This document shows positions 9,625 through 19,146 of a stretch of 64,000 bases of DNA, piece after piece. The translations under genes were made by a program, and so were the position numbers. Below the pieces are notes generated by a model. That model did not search any database. It was given only the letters and a program-made list of their open reading frames with translations, and was not told the DNA's origin. The stretch covers positions 84,623-148,622 of the forward strand of contig QFMX01000007.1 in assembly GCA_003240625.1 (NCBI GenBank), in the 5' to 3' direction. Numbering within the stretch: position 1 is the first letter of the stretch; the number at the start of each line of letters is the position of its first letter. This DNA is from Sphingomonas taxi (lineage in GTDB: Bacteria > Pseudomonadota > Alphaproteobacteria > Sphingomonadales > Sphingomonadaceae).

Positions 9625-10161
9625 ATGCGGATTGCGACACTGGCATTGCTCGGCGCGGCGACGATGGGCCTCAGCGCCTGCGACAAGAGCGGCATGGACA
9701 CGGGCACGCCAATGGCGGGCGGCCAGCGCGCCACCGCGATGCTCCAGACCGCGACCGGCACCGACGTCGGCCGCGCCATCGCCACCGAAGTCGCGGGCGG
9801 TATCCGCTTCACGCTCGACGCCAAGGCGATGCCCCCCGGCACGCACGGCGCGCACATCCACATGGTCGGCCGCTGCGACGCCCCGGACTTCACGACCGCG
9901 GGCGGCCACTGGAACCCGACCGGCATGAAGCACGGCAGCATGAACCCGCAGGGCCCGCATGAGGGCGACCTCCCCAACCTGATCATCGGCACCGACGGTC
10001 GCGGCACGCTCGGCATCACGATCCCCGGCGCGACGATGGCCGGCCTGATGGACGCGGACGGCTCGGCCTTCGTGGTGCATGCGGGCCCGGACGACCTGAT
10101 GACCGACCCGGCCGGTAACAGCGGCGGAAGGATCGCCTGCGGCGTGTTCCAGGCGGGGTGA
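9625..10161 (+). CDS. sodC: Cu/Zn superoxide dismutase, lipoprotein
   Basis: Lipobox LSAC. HGAHIH, GGHWNP, HEGDLPNL, VVHAGPDD and GGRIACG motifs. Confidence 0.92.
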   Translation: MRIATLALLGAATMGLSACDKSGMDTGTPMAGGQRATAMLQTATGTDVGRAIATEVAGGIRFTLDAKAMPPGTHGAHIHMVGRCDAPDFTTAGGHWNPTGMKHGSMNPQGPHEGDLPNLIIGTDGRGTLGITIPGATMAGLMDADGSAFVVHAGPDDLMTDPAGNSGGRIACGVFQAG

Positions 10162-10207
10162 TGCTAACCAGGGTTGGCGTGATCCCCCGATGTTAAGGTA
10201 ATTTCCC

Positions 10208-10361
10208 TTCCGTTCGTGCTGAGTAGAGACCGAGTAGCTTCGCAGAAGCGCATCGAGGGCTCGTATCGAAGCATGGGTTCCGCGCGCCAACCTGCCCTTC
10301 GATACGCCGTCTCGATACGCTGCTACCGCAGCTACTCGACGGCTACTCAGGACGAACGGAA
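10208..10361. repeat. Palindromic miniature element (family D)
   Basis: Terminal IR TTCCGTTCGTGCTGAGTAG...CTACTCAGGACGAACGGAA and internal CGTATCGAAG/CTTCGATACG. Confidence 0.75.
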
Positions 10362-10396
10362 AATGGGTGAGCGTCCCGCGGACCTCCAAACCGTTC

Positions 10397-10522
10397 GATC
10401 CTCCCCCGCCAGGGGGAGGTGGCTGGCCCTTGCCAGACGGAGGGGGAGGAGAGGAATACCCGCGGTTCCGTGTCCGCCCCCTCCGTCACCTACGGCGACA
10501 CCCCCCCTTGCGGGGAAGGATC
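10397..10522. repeat. Palindromic miniature element (family B)
   Basis: First about 50 nt are essentially identical to the 5770 copy. Confidence 0.85.
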
Positions 10523-10532
10523 GCAAAAACCC

Positions 10533-12101
10533 TCAAACCACCTCTCCCGCCGCCCTTGCCCGCACCTCCCGCGTAGCCTCCGCCCGCGGCGCCAGCCGGT
10601 ACGCCGCCACCGCACACGCCAGCGTGATCGGCGTCACCACCAGCAACGACAACATCCCGATCGACAGGCTCCCGGTCAGCGTCGACACCCGCCCCGCCAT
10701 ATACGGACCGAGCGCCAGCCCGATCAGCGTCGTCCCGATGAAGAACGTTGCCGTCGCCGTCCCGCGCATCCGCGGCAACACCATGTCCTGCGTGGTCGCC
10801 GCCGCCGCGCCCAAGGCGCAGGACGCGGTCAACTGCGCGAGAAAAATCCCCGTGTAGAACGCGGTCGACGACGACGCGGTGAAGGCCAGGATCAGGAACG
10901 GCACCGGCACCACCGCACCGAAGATCACCACCCACAGCCGCCCCGCCGGATTGCCGCGCCGCAACCGATCCGACACCACCCCGCCGATCGTCAGCCCGAG
11001 GAACCCCGCCGTCGCGCCGAGGCTGCCGATCATGAACCCCGCCGACGCCGGCGTCGCGCCAAGCTCGCGCAACGCATACGGCGCCGCCCAGAAACTCGCC
11101 GCATAGCTCAGGAACGCGTTCAGCCCATACGCCACCACCGTGCACAGGAACGCCGGCGTCCCGACGATCAGCGCAAAAGTCGGCGGATCGCGCCGCTTCA
11201 ACGCCGACGCCCACGAGAACACCGCATACACGCCGATCCCGATCGCCACCCATTGCGGCCAGGGCTCGCCTGCCGCGACCAGCCCCGACACCGCCGCCGT
11301 CACCACCGCGAGCGCCAGGATGTTATACCCGAGCGCCCGCGCACCGCCCATCGCCGCACCGATCAACGTCAGCGGCGGCACGATCGTCACCAGCTCGGCA
11401 CCGAACGCGCGGAACGGCGCGGGATGCTTCTCCGGCTCGGGCAGTCCTTCGACCAGCCCGCGAATCGGCTCCCTCAACGTCGCGATCCAGATCGCGAGCA
11501 GCAGCCCGGGCAGGCCGACCGCCATGAACGCCGCCTGCCAGCCGACCAGCCCAAGCGGCCCGCCCCCCGGATAGGCGCGGTTCCAGCCCTGCACGATCAG
11601 CCCGCCGATAAACAACGAACAGCCGCCACCGACGTACAGCCCGGCCGAATAAATCGACAGCGCGGTCGCCCGCAGCCGCTTCGGGAAATAGTCGGAGATG
11701 ATCGAGTAGGCGGATGGGCTGGCGGTAGCTTCGCCGATCCCGACCCCGATCCGCGCCGCCGCCAGATGCCCACCGGTTCGCGAAAAACCCGACAACGCGG
11801 TCATAACGGACCACAAGGACAACCCGATCGTCATCAACCGCACGCGGTGCCAATTATCGGCGAGCCGCCCGAGCGGGATCCCGAACAGCGAATAGAACAC
11901 GCCGAACGCGGTGCCGTACAGGAAGCCGAGATCCTGGTCCTTCAATCCCAGGTCGCGCTTGATGTCCTCCGCCAGGATCGAGATGATCTGCCGGTCGACG
12001 AAGTTCAGGACATAGACGAGGAACAGGACCGACAGCACGTACCAGGCATAGCGCGACGCGCCCGCCTCCCGCTCGCCCACGATGGTTTCGGCACCCGCCA
12101 T
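10533..12101 (-). CDS. MFS transporter (spinster-like)
   Basis: NFVDRQII, GRLADNWHR and GIGEA motifs. Many TM helices. Confidence 0.9.
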   Translation of the reverse strand: MAGAETIVGEREAGASRYAWYVLSVLFLVYVLNFVDRQIISILAEDIKRDLGLKDQDLGFLYGTAFGVFYSLFGIPLGRLADNWHRVRLMTIGLSLWSVMTALSGFSRTGGHLAAARIGVGIGEATASPSAYSIISDYFPKRLRATALSIYSAGLYVGGGCSLFIGGLIVQGWNRAYPGGGPLGLVGWQAAFMAVGLPGLLLAIWIATLREPIRGLVEGLPEPEKHPAPFRAFGAELVTIVPPLTLIGAAMGGARALGYNILALAVVTAAVSGLVAAGEPWPQWVAIGIGVYAVFSWASALKRRDPPTFALIVGTPAFLCTVVAYGLNAFLSYAASFWAAPYALRELGATPASAGFMIGSLGATAGFLGLTIGGVVSDRLRRGNPAGRLWVVIFGAVVPVPFLILAFTASSSTAFYTGIFLAQLTASCALGAAAATTQDMVLPRMRGTATATFFIGTTLIGLALGPYMAGRVSTLTGSLSIGMLSLLVVTPITLACAVAAYRLAPRAEATREVRARAAGEVV

Positions 12102-12202
12102 GACCCCTCCTCGTTATGTTTTCGAGCTATGGGTATCAGAGGGAAGAAAAGAGAAACAGCGCTTTCGAGGCGATCGGGTACGCCAAAGCAAGCCCGATCC
12201 TT

Positions 12203-12313
12203 CCCCCCTCCCTGAAAGGGAGGGGTTGGGGGTGGGTCGGCTTCCCCAAGTTCGCCCGGCAGTGACAAAAGCCGACCTACCCACCCCCAGCCCCTCCCTT
12301 TCAGGGAGGGGAG
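12203..12313. repeat. Palindromic miniature element (family A)
   Basis: Double-hairpin element. Its spacer resembles that of the 62965 copy. Confidence 0.88.
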
Positions 12314-12353
12314 CAGTTCGGCGCAGCCTCCGTTGGATCAATGCGCGTCCGCC

Positions 12354-13211
12354 TCAATGCGTACCGATACGCCCCCGCCGCAGCGCACCCTGTTCGAGCC
12401 GCCGCAACAGCGCCTCGATCGTCGGCGGCGAGGTCGGCTCGCCCGTCGTACGCGCAGGGCGGGCGATCGGCGTCGGCGCATTGATTTCGGGCGCCCCGCG
12501 TTCCCCCGCCCCGCCTTCCGCCACCCCGTCCTCAGCCGAACCGGCTTCCGCAACCCCGTCCTCCGCGACCTCCACCGGCCGCTCGACCGGTTCCACCAGC
12601 GGCGCAGTCACGAACGTGTCGGGCTCCGCCGTCGACGACGACTCCACCACCGGCGCGACCATCGCCTGCGCCAACGGAGAAACCGGCCGCACCGGCTCCA
12701 TCGGCACCGGCCGGATCGCGTGCGGATCGAATGCGGCGAGCGGCTGATCGAGATCGGCCGGGATCGTCCGCTCGTCGCGCCCAGGATTCAGCCCTGCACC
12801 AAGACCAGCCCCGACGCCCACTTCCATCATCGGCGTACCAAGATCCGCCGCCGACATCGGCTTGCGCGGCGGTGCGTCGGGATGTGCGTCGGCGCGGCGG
12901 ATCACCGGCACGCCGTCCTCGCGCGGCGATGCCTTGGCAAACACCCCGCCCGGCCCGAACAGCAGGAACAGCGACGACCACAGCAACGCCGCGACCAGCG
13001 CCCCACTCCCCAGCGCCAACAGCGCGCGCGCGGTCGTCCCGAGCGGCGGCGCGGCGGCGGGCACCAGCGCAGCCACGCCCGTCGTCCACACCGCGGACTC
13101 CAGCGTTTCGGTCGACGCCAGCAGCACGGCCGTTGCAGCGATCAGGCCGCCAACCACCGCGCCGTACACCGGCAGCGAGCGGATCAAGGTCTGGCGGGTC
13201 AGCGCAATCAT
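12354..13211 (-). CDS. Hypothetical membrane protein with Pro-rich tail
   Basis: Two N-terminal TM segments and RRADAHPDAPPRKP motif. Overlaps the upstream glycosyltransferase stop (ATGA). Confidence 0.75.
   Translation of the reverse strand: MIALTRQTLIRSLPVYGAVVGGLIAATAVLLASTETLESAVWTTGVAALVPAAAPPLGTTARALLALGSGALVAALLWSSLFLLFGPGGVFAKASPREDGVPVIRRADAHPDAPPRKPMSAADLGTPMMEVGVGAGLGAGLNPGRDERTIPADLDQPLAAFDPHAIRPVPMEPVRPVSPLAQAMVAPVVESSSTAEPDTFVTAPLVEPVERPVEVAEDGVAEAGSAEDGVAEGGAGERGAPEINAPTPIARPARTTGEPTSPPTIEALLRRLEQGALRRGRIGTH
12511..12570. repeat. 30-nt tandem duplication (AEDGVAE x2) within CDS
   Basis: ccgccttccgccaccccgtcctcagccgaa / ccggcttccgcaaccccgtcctccgcgacc. Confidence 0.7.
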
Positions 13212-14419
13212 CGATTTTCCCGTGCAGCGGCCATCATCAGCCGCCGATACACAGGATCGTAGCGGCGAATGTTTGACGACCAGTTACGCTCTTCGCGAAC
13301 AAATGCACGTCCCCGCGCCCGCCGCTCGTCCCAGCCCGATCGATCCGCGAACATCGCTGCCAACGCCGTCGCGATCGCGGGCGGATCGTCCGGCGGAAAC
13401 AGCGTCCCCGTCTCCCCGTCCCGGATCAGTTCGCGGTGTCCGCCGACATCCGACGCCGCAACCAGCCGCCCCTGCGCCATCGCCTCGAGCGGCTTCAGCG
13501 GCGTGACCAGATCGGTCAGCCGCATCCGTTTGCGCGGGTAAGCGAGGATATCGACCAGCCCGTAATAGCGCTCGACCTCCTGGTGCGGCACGCGCCCGAC
13601 GAAGCGGATCGCGTCGGCCACCGGCGACGCCTCCGCCTGCGCGCGCAAGGCCGCCTCCATCGGCCCGCCGCCGACCATCAGCAACCGCGCCTTGGGACGC
13701 AGCGCCACCAGCGCCGGCATCGCCGCGATCAGGTCGTCGAGCCCTTCGTAATCGTAGAAACTGCCGATGAACCCGACGACGTCCGCGCCATCGAGCCCGA
13801 GTTCCGCCCCCAGCGCATCGTCGCGCGGCGGCGCATTCCCGAACAGGTCGAGATCGACGCCGTTGGGCGACACGATGATCTTGTCCGCCGCGATGCCTCG
13901 CTCGACTAGGTCGCCGCGCAGCCCTTCGCAGATCACCGCCACCGCGTCCGCGCGCCGCACCGCCCACGTCTCCAGCGTCCGCGTCGCCCGGTAGCGTAAC
14001 GACGTCGCGGTCCCCGTGCCATTGCCGACCGCCGCATCCTCCCAGAACGCGCGGATCTCGTACACCAGCGGCAGTTTCCGTTTGCGCGCCACGATCAGGG
14101 CGGCGAGCGCGTCGATCACCGGCGAATGCGCGTGGAGGATGTCGGGCTTGAAGGCATCGACCGCCGCCTCGATCCGCTTGGCGAACGCCGCGATCCCGAC
14201 GACCTCGCCGACCGGACCCGGCTTCAGACCGGCTGCCGTCCGGTAGAAGGTCAGCCCATCGACCGACTCCACCGAAGCCGGCGCAACGCCGTGACGCGGG
14301 CCGGTGACCGCCGCGACGGTCCACCCCAGCCCCTCCTGCGCCTTGAGGATCGCCCGGGTGCGGAACGTGTAGCCACTTTGCAGCGGCAGGCCGTGATCGA
14401 GGATATGAAGGATACGCAT
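13208..14419 (-). CDS. GT4 glycosyltransferase, exosortase A/PEP-CTERM system associated
   Basis: MRILHILDHGLPLQSGYTFRT, YEIRAFWEDAAVGNG and LVTPLKPLEAMA motifs. Confidence 0.88.
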   Translation of the reverse strand: MRILHILDHGLPLQSGYTFRTRAILKAQEGLGWTVAAVTGPRHGVAPASVESVDGLTFYRTAAGLKPGPVGEVVGIAAFAKRIEAAVDAFKPDILHAHSPVIDALAALIVARKRKLPLVYEIRAFWEDAAVGNGTGTATSLRYRATRTLETWAVRRADAVAVICEGLRGDLVERGIAADKIIVSPNGVDLDLFGNAPPRDDALGAELGLDGADVVGFIGSFYDYEGLDDLIAAMPALVALRPKARLLMVGGGPMEAALRAQAEASPVADAIRFVGRVPHQEVERYYGLVDILAYPRKRMRLTDLVTPLKPLEAMAQGRLVAASDVGGHRELIRDGETGTLFPPDDPPAIATALAAMFADRSGWDERRARGRAFVREERNWSSNIRRYDPVYRRLMMAAARENR

Positions 14420-14445
14420 CGTGGACGCCGTCTGCCACAGATCGC

Positions 14446-14462
14446 TTAACGGCGCGTCAACC
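14446..14462. promoter_or_regulatory. Putative CtrA binding site
   Basis: TTAA-N7-TCAACC, one mismatch to TTAA-N7-TTAAC, in a divergent intergenic region. Confidence 0.5.
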
Positions 14463-14516
14463 GACTATGGCTACGCACGAATCTCGAAAAGCCCTCACAG
14501 GAAAGGAGGCCGTCCC

Positions 14517-14672
14517 ATGATCGACAATCTCGCGCTCGGCCTCAGCCATGGGCTGATGATGCTCGCCGCGTTCCTGCTGCTCAAGCGCCCCGACCTCGAC
14601 CGCGAGCCGAGCCCGCACGACGCACCCGACAAGAAGCAGGCCCTTACCGAGAAACCCCGCCGCGATGCGTGA
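14517..14672 (+). CDS. Small membrane hypothetical protein (51 aa)
   Basis: Strong SD AAAGGAGG. MIDNLALGLSHGLMMLAAFLLLKRPDLD. Overlaps the next gene. Confidence 0.8.
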   Translation: MIDNLALGLSHGLMMLAAFLLLKRPDLDREPSPHDAPDKKQALTEKPRRDA

Positions 14673-16005
14673 CCTCGCGTTCATCGCCTTCCTGCTCGCG
14701 TTCTTCGCGATGGGCTTCAAGCGGCCGTTCCTGCTCGTGCTCGTCTATGTCTATATCGACATCGTCTCGCCGCAGCGGCTAACCTACCTCCTGCTCAACA
14801 GCGTGCCGATCTCGCTGATCGCGGTCGCGCTGGCGGTCGGCGGGTGGATCCTTGCGGACGACAAGCGCGATACCCGTGTCGGCGGGCGGCAGGTGCTGAT
14901 CGTGCTGCTCATGCTCTATTGCTGGGTGACGACGATCGGCGCGGATTTTCCGGTCGAGGCGAAGGAGAAATGGGACTGGGTCTGGAAGACGCTGATCTTT
15001 GCCGCCTTCCTGCCGCTGACGCTGCGCACGCGACTGCGGATCGAGGCGCTGCTGCTGTTCATGATCCTCTCCGCCTCGTCGATCATCATCGTCGGCGGGA
15101 TCAAGACGATCGCCAGCGGCGGTGGCGGCTACGGCCAGTTGAACCTCATGGTCGACAATAATTCGGGGCTGTACGAGGGCAGCACGATCAGCGCGGTGGC
15201 GATCGCGATCATCCCGCTGATCTTCTGGTTCATGGTCCACGGTACGATCTTCAAGCCCGACTGGCGCGTGAAGGGCTTCTGCCTTGCGCTGGTGTTCGCG
15301 TGCCTGCTGATCCCGGTCGGCACCTCGACGCGTACCGGGCTCGTGTGCATCGGGCTGCTCGCGGTGCTGTCGGTGCGCGCGGTGAAGCGCAAGGCGCTAT
15401 ACCTCGCGGCGGTGGCGGCGCTCGGGCTGGCGGCGATCCCGTTCCTGCCCTCCGCGTTCACCGACCGGATGAACACCATCAAGACCTATGACGCGGACGA
15501 ATCCGCCTCGACGCGGCTGGCGGTGTGGAAATGGACGATCGAGTACGCGAAGACCCATCCGTTCGGCGGCGGCTTCGAGGCCTATCGCGGCAACCGCATC
15601 CGCTACGACCTGAAGAGCACCGGCGACGCCGCCGCACCCGGCCCGCGGGTCGAGACCGACAAGGCGCGCGCGTTTCACAGTGCTTATTTCGAAATGCTGG
15701 GCGAACAGGGCTATCTCGGGCTCGCGCTATGGCTCGCGATCAACTTCATCGGCGTGTTCAGGATGGAAATCCTCCGCCGCCGCTACGCCGACCCCGCCAG
15801 CGAATTTGCCTGGGCGGGGCCGCTCGCAGCCGCGCTTCAGAGCGGGCAGATCATCTATCTGTTCGGCGCGGCGTTCGTCGGCATCGCGTTCCAGCCGTTC
15901 GTCTACATGCTGATCGGCGCGCAGATCGGTCTCGACACCTATCTCACGCGCAAGCGCAGCGAACAGACCTTCCGCCCGATGCGCCGGGCACTCCCCTCCC
16001 GCTAG
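14665..16005 (+). CDS. Putative O-glycosylation ligase, exosortase A associated (O-antigen ligase family)
   Basis: Multi-TM protein with STRTG, STRLAVWKW, PFGGGF and AFHSAYFEMLGEQGYLG motifs. Confidence 0.85.
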   Translation: MRDLAFIAFLLAFFAMGFKRPFLLVLVYVYIDIVSPQRLTYLLLNSVPISLIAVALAVGGWILADDKRDTRVGGRQVLIVLLMLYCWVTTIGADFPVEAKEKWDWVWKTLIFAAFLPLTLRTRLRIEALLLFMILSASSIIIVGGIKTIASGGGGYGQLNLMVDNNSGLYEGSTISAVAIAIIPLIFWFMVHGTIFKPDWRVKGFCLALVFACLLIPVGTSTRTGLVCIGLLAVLSVRAVKRKALYLAAVAALGLAAIPFLPSAFTDRMNTIKTYDADESASTRLAVWKWTIEYAKTHPFGGGFEAYRGNRIRYDLKSTGDAAAPGPRVETDKARAFHSAYFEMLGEQGYLGLALWLAINFIGVFRMEILRRRYADPASEFAWAGPLAAALQSGQIIYLFGAAFVGIAFQPFVYMLIGAQIGLDTYLTRKRSEQTFRPMRRALPSR

Positions 16006-16016
16006 CAGGAGGGGAG
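15991..16016. repeat. Single-hairpin family A remnant containing the ligase stop codon
   Basis: CTCCCCTCCCGCTAGCAGGAGGGGAG. Confidence 0.7.
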
Positions 16017-16025
16017 CAGATAGCG

Positions 16026-16589
16026 TCAGTCGACCGGCTCGTCGGCCAGCTCTTCCTCCAGCGCCGCGATGATCGCCTTGTTGAATGCGGGGATGTCGTC
16101 CGGCTTGCGGCTGGTGATCAAATTGCCGTCCACGACGACCTCCTCGTCCACCACATCCGCGCCCGCATTCTCCAGGTCCGTCCGGATCGACGGGAAGCTC
16201 GTCACGCGACGTCCATCGATCACGTCGGCCTCGGCCAGCAGCCACGGCGCATGGCAGATCGCGGCGATGATCTTGCCGTCTTCCATGAACTCGGTGATGA
16301 TCTCGATCGCGCGCTCCTGCTGGCGCATCGTATCGGGATTAGCGACGCCGCCCGGCAGGACCAGCGCATCGTAATCGTCGGTATCGACCTCGTCGAGCGT
16401 CAGGTCGGGCGTCGCCGTCTCGGCCTTGTTGATGTCGCCCTTCATGCCCTGAATGGGGTCCATCTTGATCGAGGCGAGCTGCACCTTCGCACCCGCCGCC
16501 TCCAGCGCCTTCCTCGGTTCGAACAGTTCGACGGTCTCGAAACCATCGGCAGCGAGCATCAATACGCGAGCTTGGGAAAGATCGGTCAT
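16026..16589 (-). CDS. PfpI/DJ-1 family type 1 glutamine amidotransferase-like protein
   Basis: DGFETVE, LPGGVANPD, AICHAPW and ITSRKPDD motifs. Confidence 0.92.
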   Translation of the reverse strand: MTDLSQARVLMLAADGFETVELFEPRKALEAAGAKVQLASIKMDPIQGMKGDINKAETATPDLTLDEVDTDDYDALVLPGGVANPDTMRQQERAIEIITEFMEDGKIIAAICHAPWLLAEADVIDGRRVTSFPSIRTDLENAGADVVDEEVVVDGNLITSRKPDDIPAFNKAIIAALEEELADEPVD

Positions 16590-16621
16590 GTCATGTCTCC
16601 AGTGAAATCCCGTGCCCCCTC

Positions 16622-16646
16622 AACCCCGCGTCGCGCGGGTCGTTCC
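16622..16646 (-). promoter_or_regulatory. EcfG-type promoter for PfpI gene
   Basis: GGAAC-N16-GGTT on the minus strand. Confidence 0.72.
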
Positions 16647-16671
16647 GGAACGATGCGTCCCCCCGAACATT
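16647..16671 (+). promoter_or_regulatory. EcfG-type promoter for topoisomerase IB
   Basis: GGAAC-N16-CATT on the plus strand, abutting the opposite promoter. Confidence 0.6.
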
Positions 16672-16694
16672 TCGAGACCGGAAGGACCACCGCA

Positions 16695-17720
16695 TTGCCC
16701 ACCAAGATCGTGTATTCCGACGACTCCAAGCCCGGCATCACCCGCAAGAAGATGCGGAACGGCTGGGGCTATTGGGATGCCAGGGGCGAGCGCATCACCG
16801 ACCGCGACGAGATCGACCGACTGAACGCGATCGGCCTGCCCCCAGCTTACGGCGACGCGTGGTTCTGCCCCAAGCCCAACGGCCATATCCAGGCGGTCGG
16901 CTGGGACGAGAAGGGCCGCAAGCAATACCGGTATCACCTCGGCTTCCGCGAAGCGCAGGAGGCCGCCAAATACGAACGCTGCGCCGATTTCGGCCACGCG
17001 CTCCCGAAGATCCGCAAAGCGGTCGAAGCCGATCTCCGCAAACGCTCGCTGACCCGCGAACGCGCGGTCGCGGCGGTCATCCGCCTGCTCGACGGCGGCC
17101 ATATCCGCATCGGCAACGAGGCCTATGCCGAAGCGAACGAGAGCTTCGGCGCGACCACGCTGCGCAAGCGCCACGGCGAGGTGAAGGGCGCGACGCTCAA
17201 GCTCCAATACAAGGGCAAGTCCGGCAAGATGCGGACGCTCAGGATCACCGACCGCTCGCTCAGCAGCTTCGTCAAGAAATGCCAGGACCTCGACGAACAG
17301 CATCTGTTCGCATGGCTCGACGACGCGGGCGTCGCGCATCCGGTCACCTCGACCGACGTGAACTGCTACATCCGGGACGTCACCGGCAGCGATTTCACCG
17401 CCAAGAACTTCCGCACCTGGGCCGCCAGCGTCGCCGCGTTCGAGGCGCTCGCATCCGCCGAACGCGACCTCAGCCTCAAGGCGATGCTCGAACCCGTCGT
17501 CGCTAGGCTCGGCAATACCCACGCGATCGCGCGCAAGAGCTATGTCCACCCGTCGCTGATCGCCCTCGTGAAGACCGGCCAGTCGACCTTCCGCAAGGCC
17601 CTCCGCCTCCCCCGCGCCAAGCGCTACATGAGCCGCGAGGAATGTGGCCTGATCACCTTCCTCGAAGCCGGCACGCCCGCCACCGCGACCATCGCACCCC
17701 CGCGCGCAAAAGCGGCCTGA
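16695..17720 (+). CDS. DNA topoisomerase IB
   Basis: GRKQYRYH, IRIGNEAY, FGATTL, YKGKSGK, FTAKNFRTW and LGNTHAIARKSYVHP motifs. Probable TTG start after GAAGGA; alternative ATG at 16653. Confidence 0.92.
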   Translation: MPTKIVYSDDSKPGITRKKMRNGWGYWDARGERITDRDEIDRLNAIGLPPAYGDAWFCPKPNGHIQAVGWDEKGRKQYRYHLGFREAQEAAKYERCADFGHALPKIRKAVEADLRKRSLTRERAVAAVIRLLDGGHIRIGNEAYAEANESFGATTLRKRHGEVKGATLKLQYKGKSGKMRTLRITDRSLSSFVKKCQDLDEQHLFAWLDDAGVAHPVTSTDVNCYIRDVTGSDFTAKNFRTWAASVAAFEALASAERDLSLKAMLEPVVARLGNTHAIARKSYVHPSLIALVKTGQSTFRKALRLPRAKRYMSREECGLITFLEAGTPATATIAPPRAKAA

Positions 17721-17731
17721 CGAGTATCTCC

Positions 17732-18907
17732 ATGACCAATACCACTGCCGCCGCCAAACAACCGATCTTCGACGCAAGCGACGTCGGCGATCACGCCCAG
17801 GGCTTCGTCACCGCCAGCATCGCCTGGGTCCAGGCGTACTGGCTCCAGATCCTGATCGCGTTCGGGATCGGCGCGGTCATCGTCCTCGTCCTCCACACCG
17901 CGCGCCGCTTCGGCAGCAAGCTCTGCGAACGTCCGCGCGCGCTGAACGGCTGGGGGCTGGTCGTCGGCAAGGCGATCGCACGCACCGGCAATTTCTTCAT
18001 CGTCATGCTCGCGGCGAAACTCGTCTCCGGCTATTCCGCCGCCCCCGGCGAGGTATCGAAGACGATCGACTTCCTCTTCACCGTCGCCGCCGTCATGCAG
18101 GCCGCCGTCTGGGTCCGCGAGATCATCCTCGGCGCGATCGAACACCGCACGCAGTCCGAACATTATTCGGGCGAGGCTTTGCTCTCGGCGATGGGCCTGA
18201 TCCGCCTGCTCGTCACGTTCGTGGTGTTCGCGGTCGCGCTGGTGGTGGTGCTCGACAATCTCGGCGTCAACGTCACCGGCCTGGTGGCAGGTCTCGGCGT
18301 CGGCGGCATCGCGATCGGCTTGGCGGCACAGGGCATCTTCGCCGACCTGTTCGCCGCGCTTGCGATCATCTTCGACCGCCCGTTCCGCCGTGGCGACTCG
18401 ATCAGCTACGATACGGCCTCGGGCAGCGTCGAGGCGATCGGCCTGAAATCCACGCGCATCCGCGGGATCGACGGCGAGGAGCGCGTGATCTCGAACAAGA
18501 ACCTCCTCAACAAGGAGATCCTCAACAACACGCAGCGCAACCACCGCCGCGCGAAATTCCTCATCGGCGTCACCTATTCGACGCCCCCGGAAGTCTGCTC
18601 GCGGATCCCCGCGATGTTGAAGGAGATCGTCGAAGCCAACGACAAGATCTTCACCCGCGCCGGCTTCACCGGCTTCGGCGCGTCGAGCCTCGACTTCGAG
18701 GTCCAGTTCGACAGCAAGGGGCCGGATTATGCCAGCTTCTACGATGGCCGCACAGCGGTCGGCATCGCGATCCTGAAGCGCTTCAACGACGAGAAGATCG
18801 AGATCGCCTTCCCCACCCAGGTCAACATGATGGCCGCGCCGGATGGGTCTATGGTGATGCCGTATCCGGAAGGGCGACGGTCGGACGCGGAAGTAACGCT
18901 CGCCTGA
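17732..18907 (+). CDS. Small-conductance mechanosensitive channel family protein
   Basis: LVAGLGVGGIAIGLAAQ, DRPFRRGD, IGLKSTRIR and IAFPTQ motifs. Confidence 0.9.
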   Translation: MTNTTAAAKQPIFDASDVGDHAQGFVTASIAWVQAYWLQILIAFGIGAVIVLVLHTARRFGSKLCERPRALNGWGLVVGKAIARTGNFFIVMLAAKLVSGYSAAPGEVSKTIDFLFTVAAVMQAAVWVREIILGAIEHRTQSEHYSGEALLSAMGLIRLLVTFVVFAVALVVVLDNLGVNVTGLVAGLGVGGIAIGLAAQGIFADLFAALAIIFDRPFRRGDSISYDTASGSVEAIGLKSTRIRGIDGEERVISNKNLLNKEILNNTQRNHRRAKFLIGVTYSTPPEVCSRIPAMLKEIVEANDKIFTRAGFTGFGASSLDFEVQFDSKGPDYASFYDGRTAVGIAILKRFNDEKIEIAFPTQVNMMAAPDGSMVMPYPEGRRSDAEVTLA

Positions 18908-18909
18908 TC

Positions 18910-18987
18910 GTTCCCCTGCGAAAGCAGGGGCCCAGGATCACAAACACAGTCCCTTTGAACTCTGGACTCACGCTTTCGCGGGAGAAC
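18910..18987. repeat. REP-like palindromic doublet (family C variant)
   Basis: GTTCCCCTGCGAAAGCAGGGGCCCAG...CTGGACTCACGCTTTCGCGGGAGAAC. Confidence 0.75.
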
Positions 18988-19020
18988 AGCGTGCAAGCCC
19001 TTCGATATATCCATTCCCGT

Positions 19021-19114
19021 CGTCATCCCCGCGGAGGCGGGGACCCATATACTCAAGGCGTCGCGATTAGCGTCGCGGCCAGCCAATATGGGTTCCCGCC
19101 TTCGCGGGAATGAC
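19021..19114. repeat. CGTC-tagged REP doublet
   Basis: CGTCATCCCCGCGGAGGCGGGGACCCATAT...ATATGGGTTCCCGCCTTCGCGGGAATGAC. Confidence 0.85.
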
Positions 19115-19146
19115 AGGAAAGGAAAGACGTGCTCGAGTAATGAACC

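Noticed and set aside
10419..12215. Long Arg/Pro-rich antisense ORFs (also 43252-45255, 45480-46991, 49708-51237, 58772-60757)
   Set aside because: They are shadow frames opposite well-supported genes, as expected in high-GC DNA.
15525..17720. 731-aa ORF as a topoisomerase fusion
   Set aside because: The N-terminal 390 codons overlap the ligase in another frame and the PfpI gene antisense. Topoisomerase homology starts near 16695, after its own SD and promoter.
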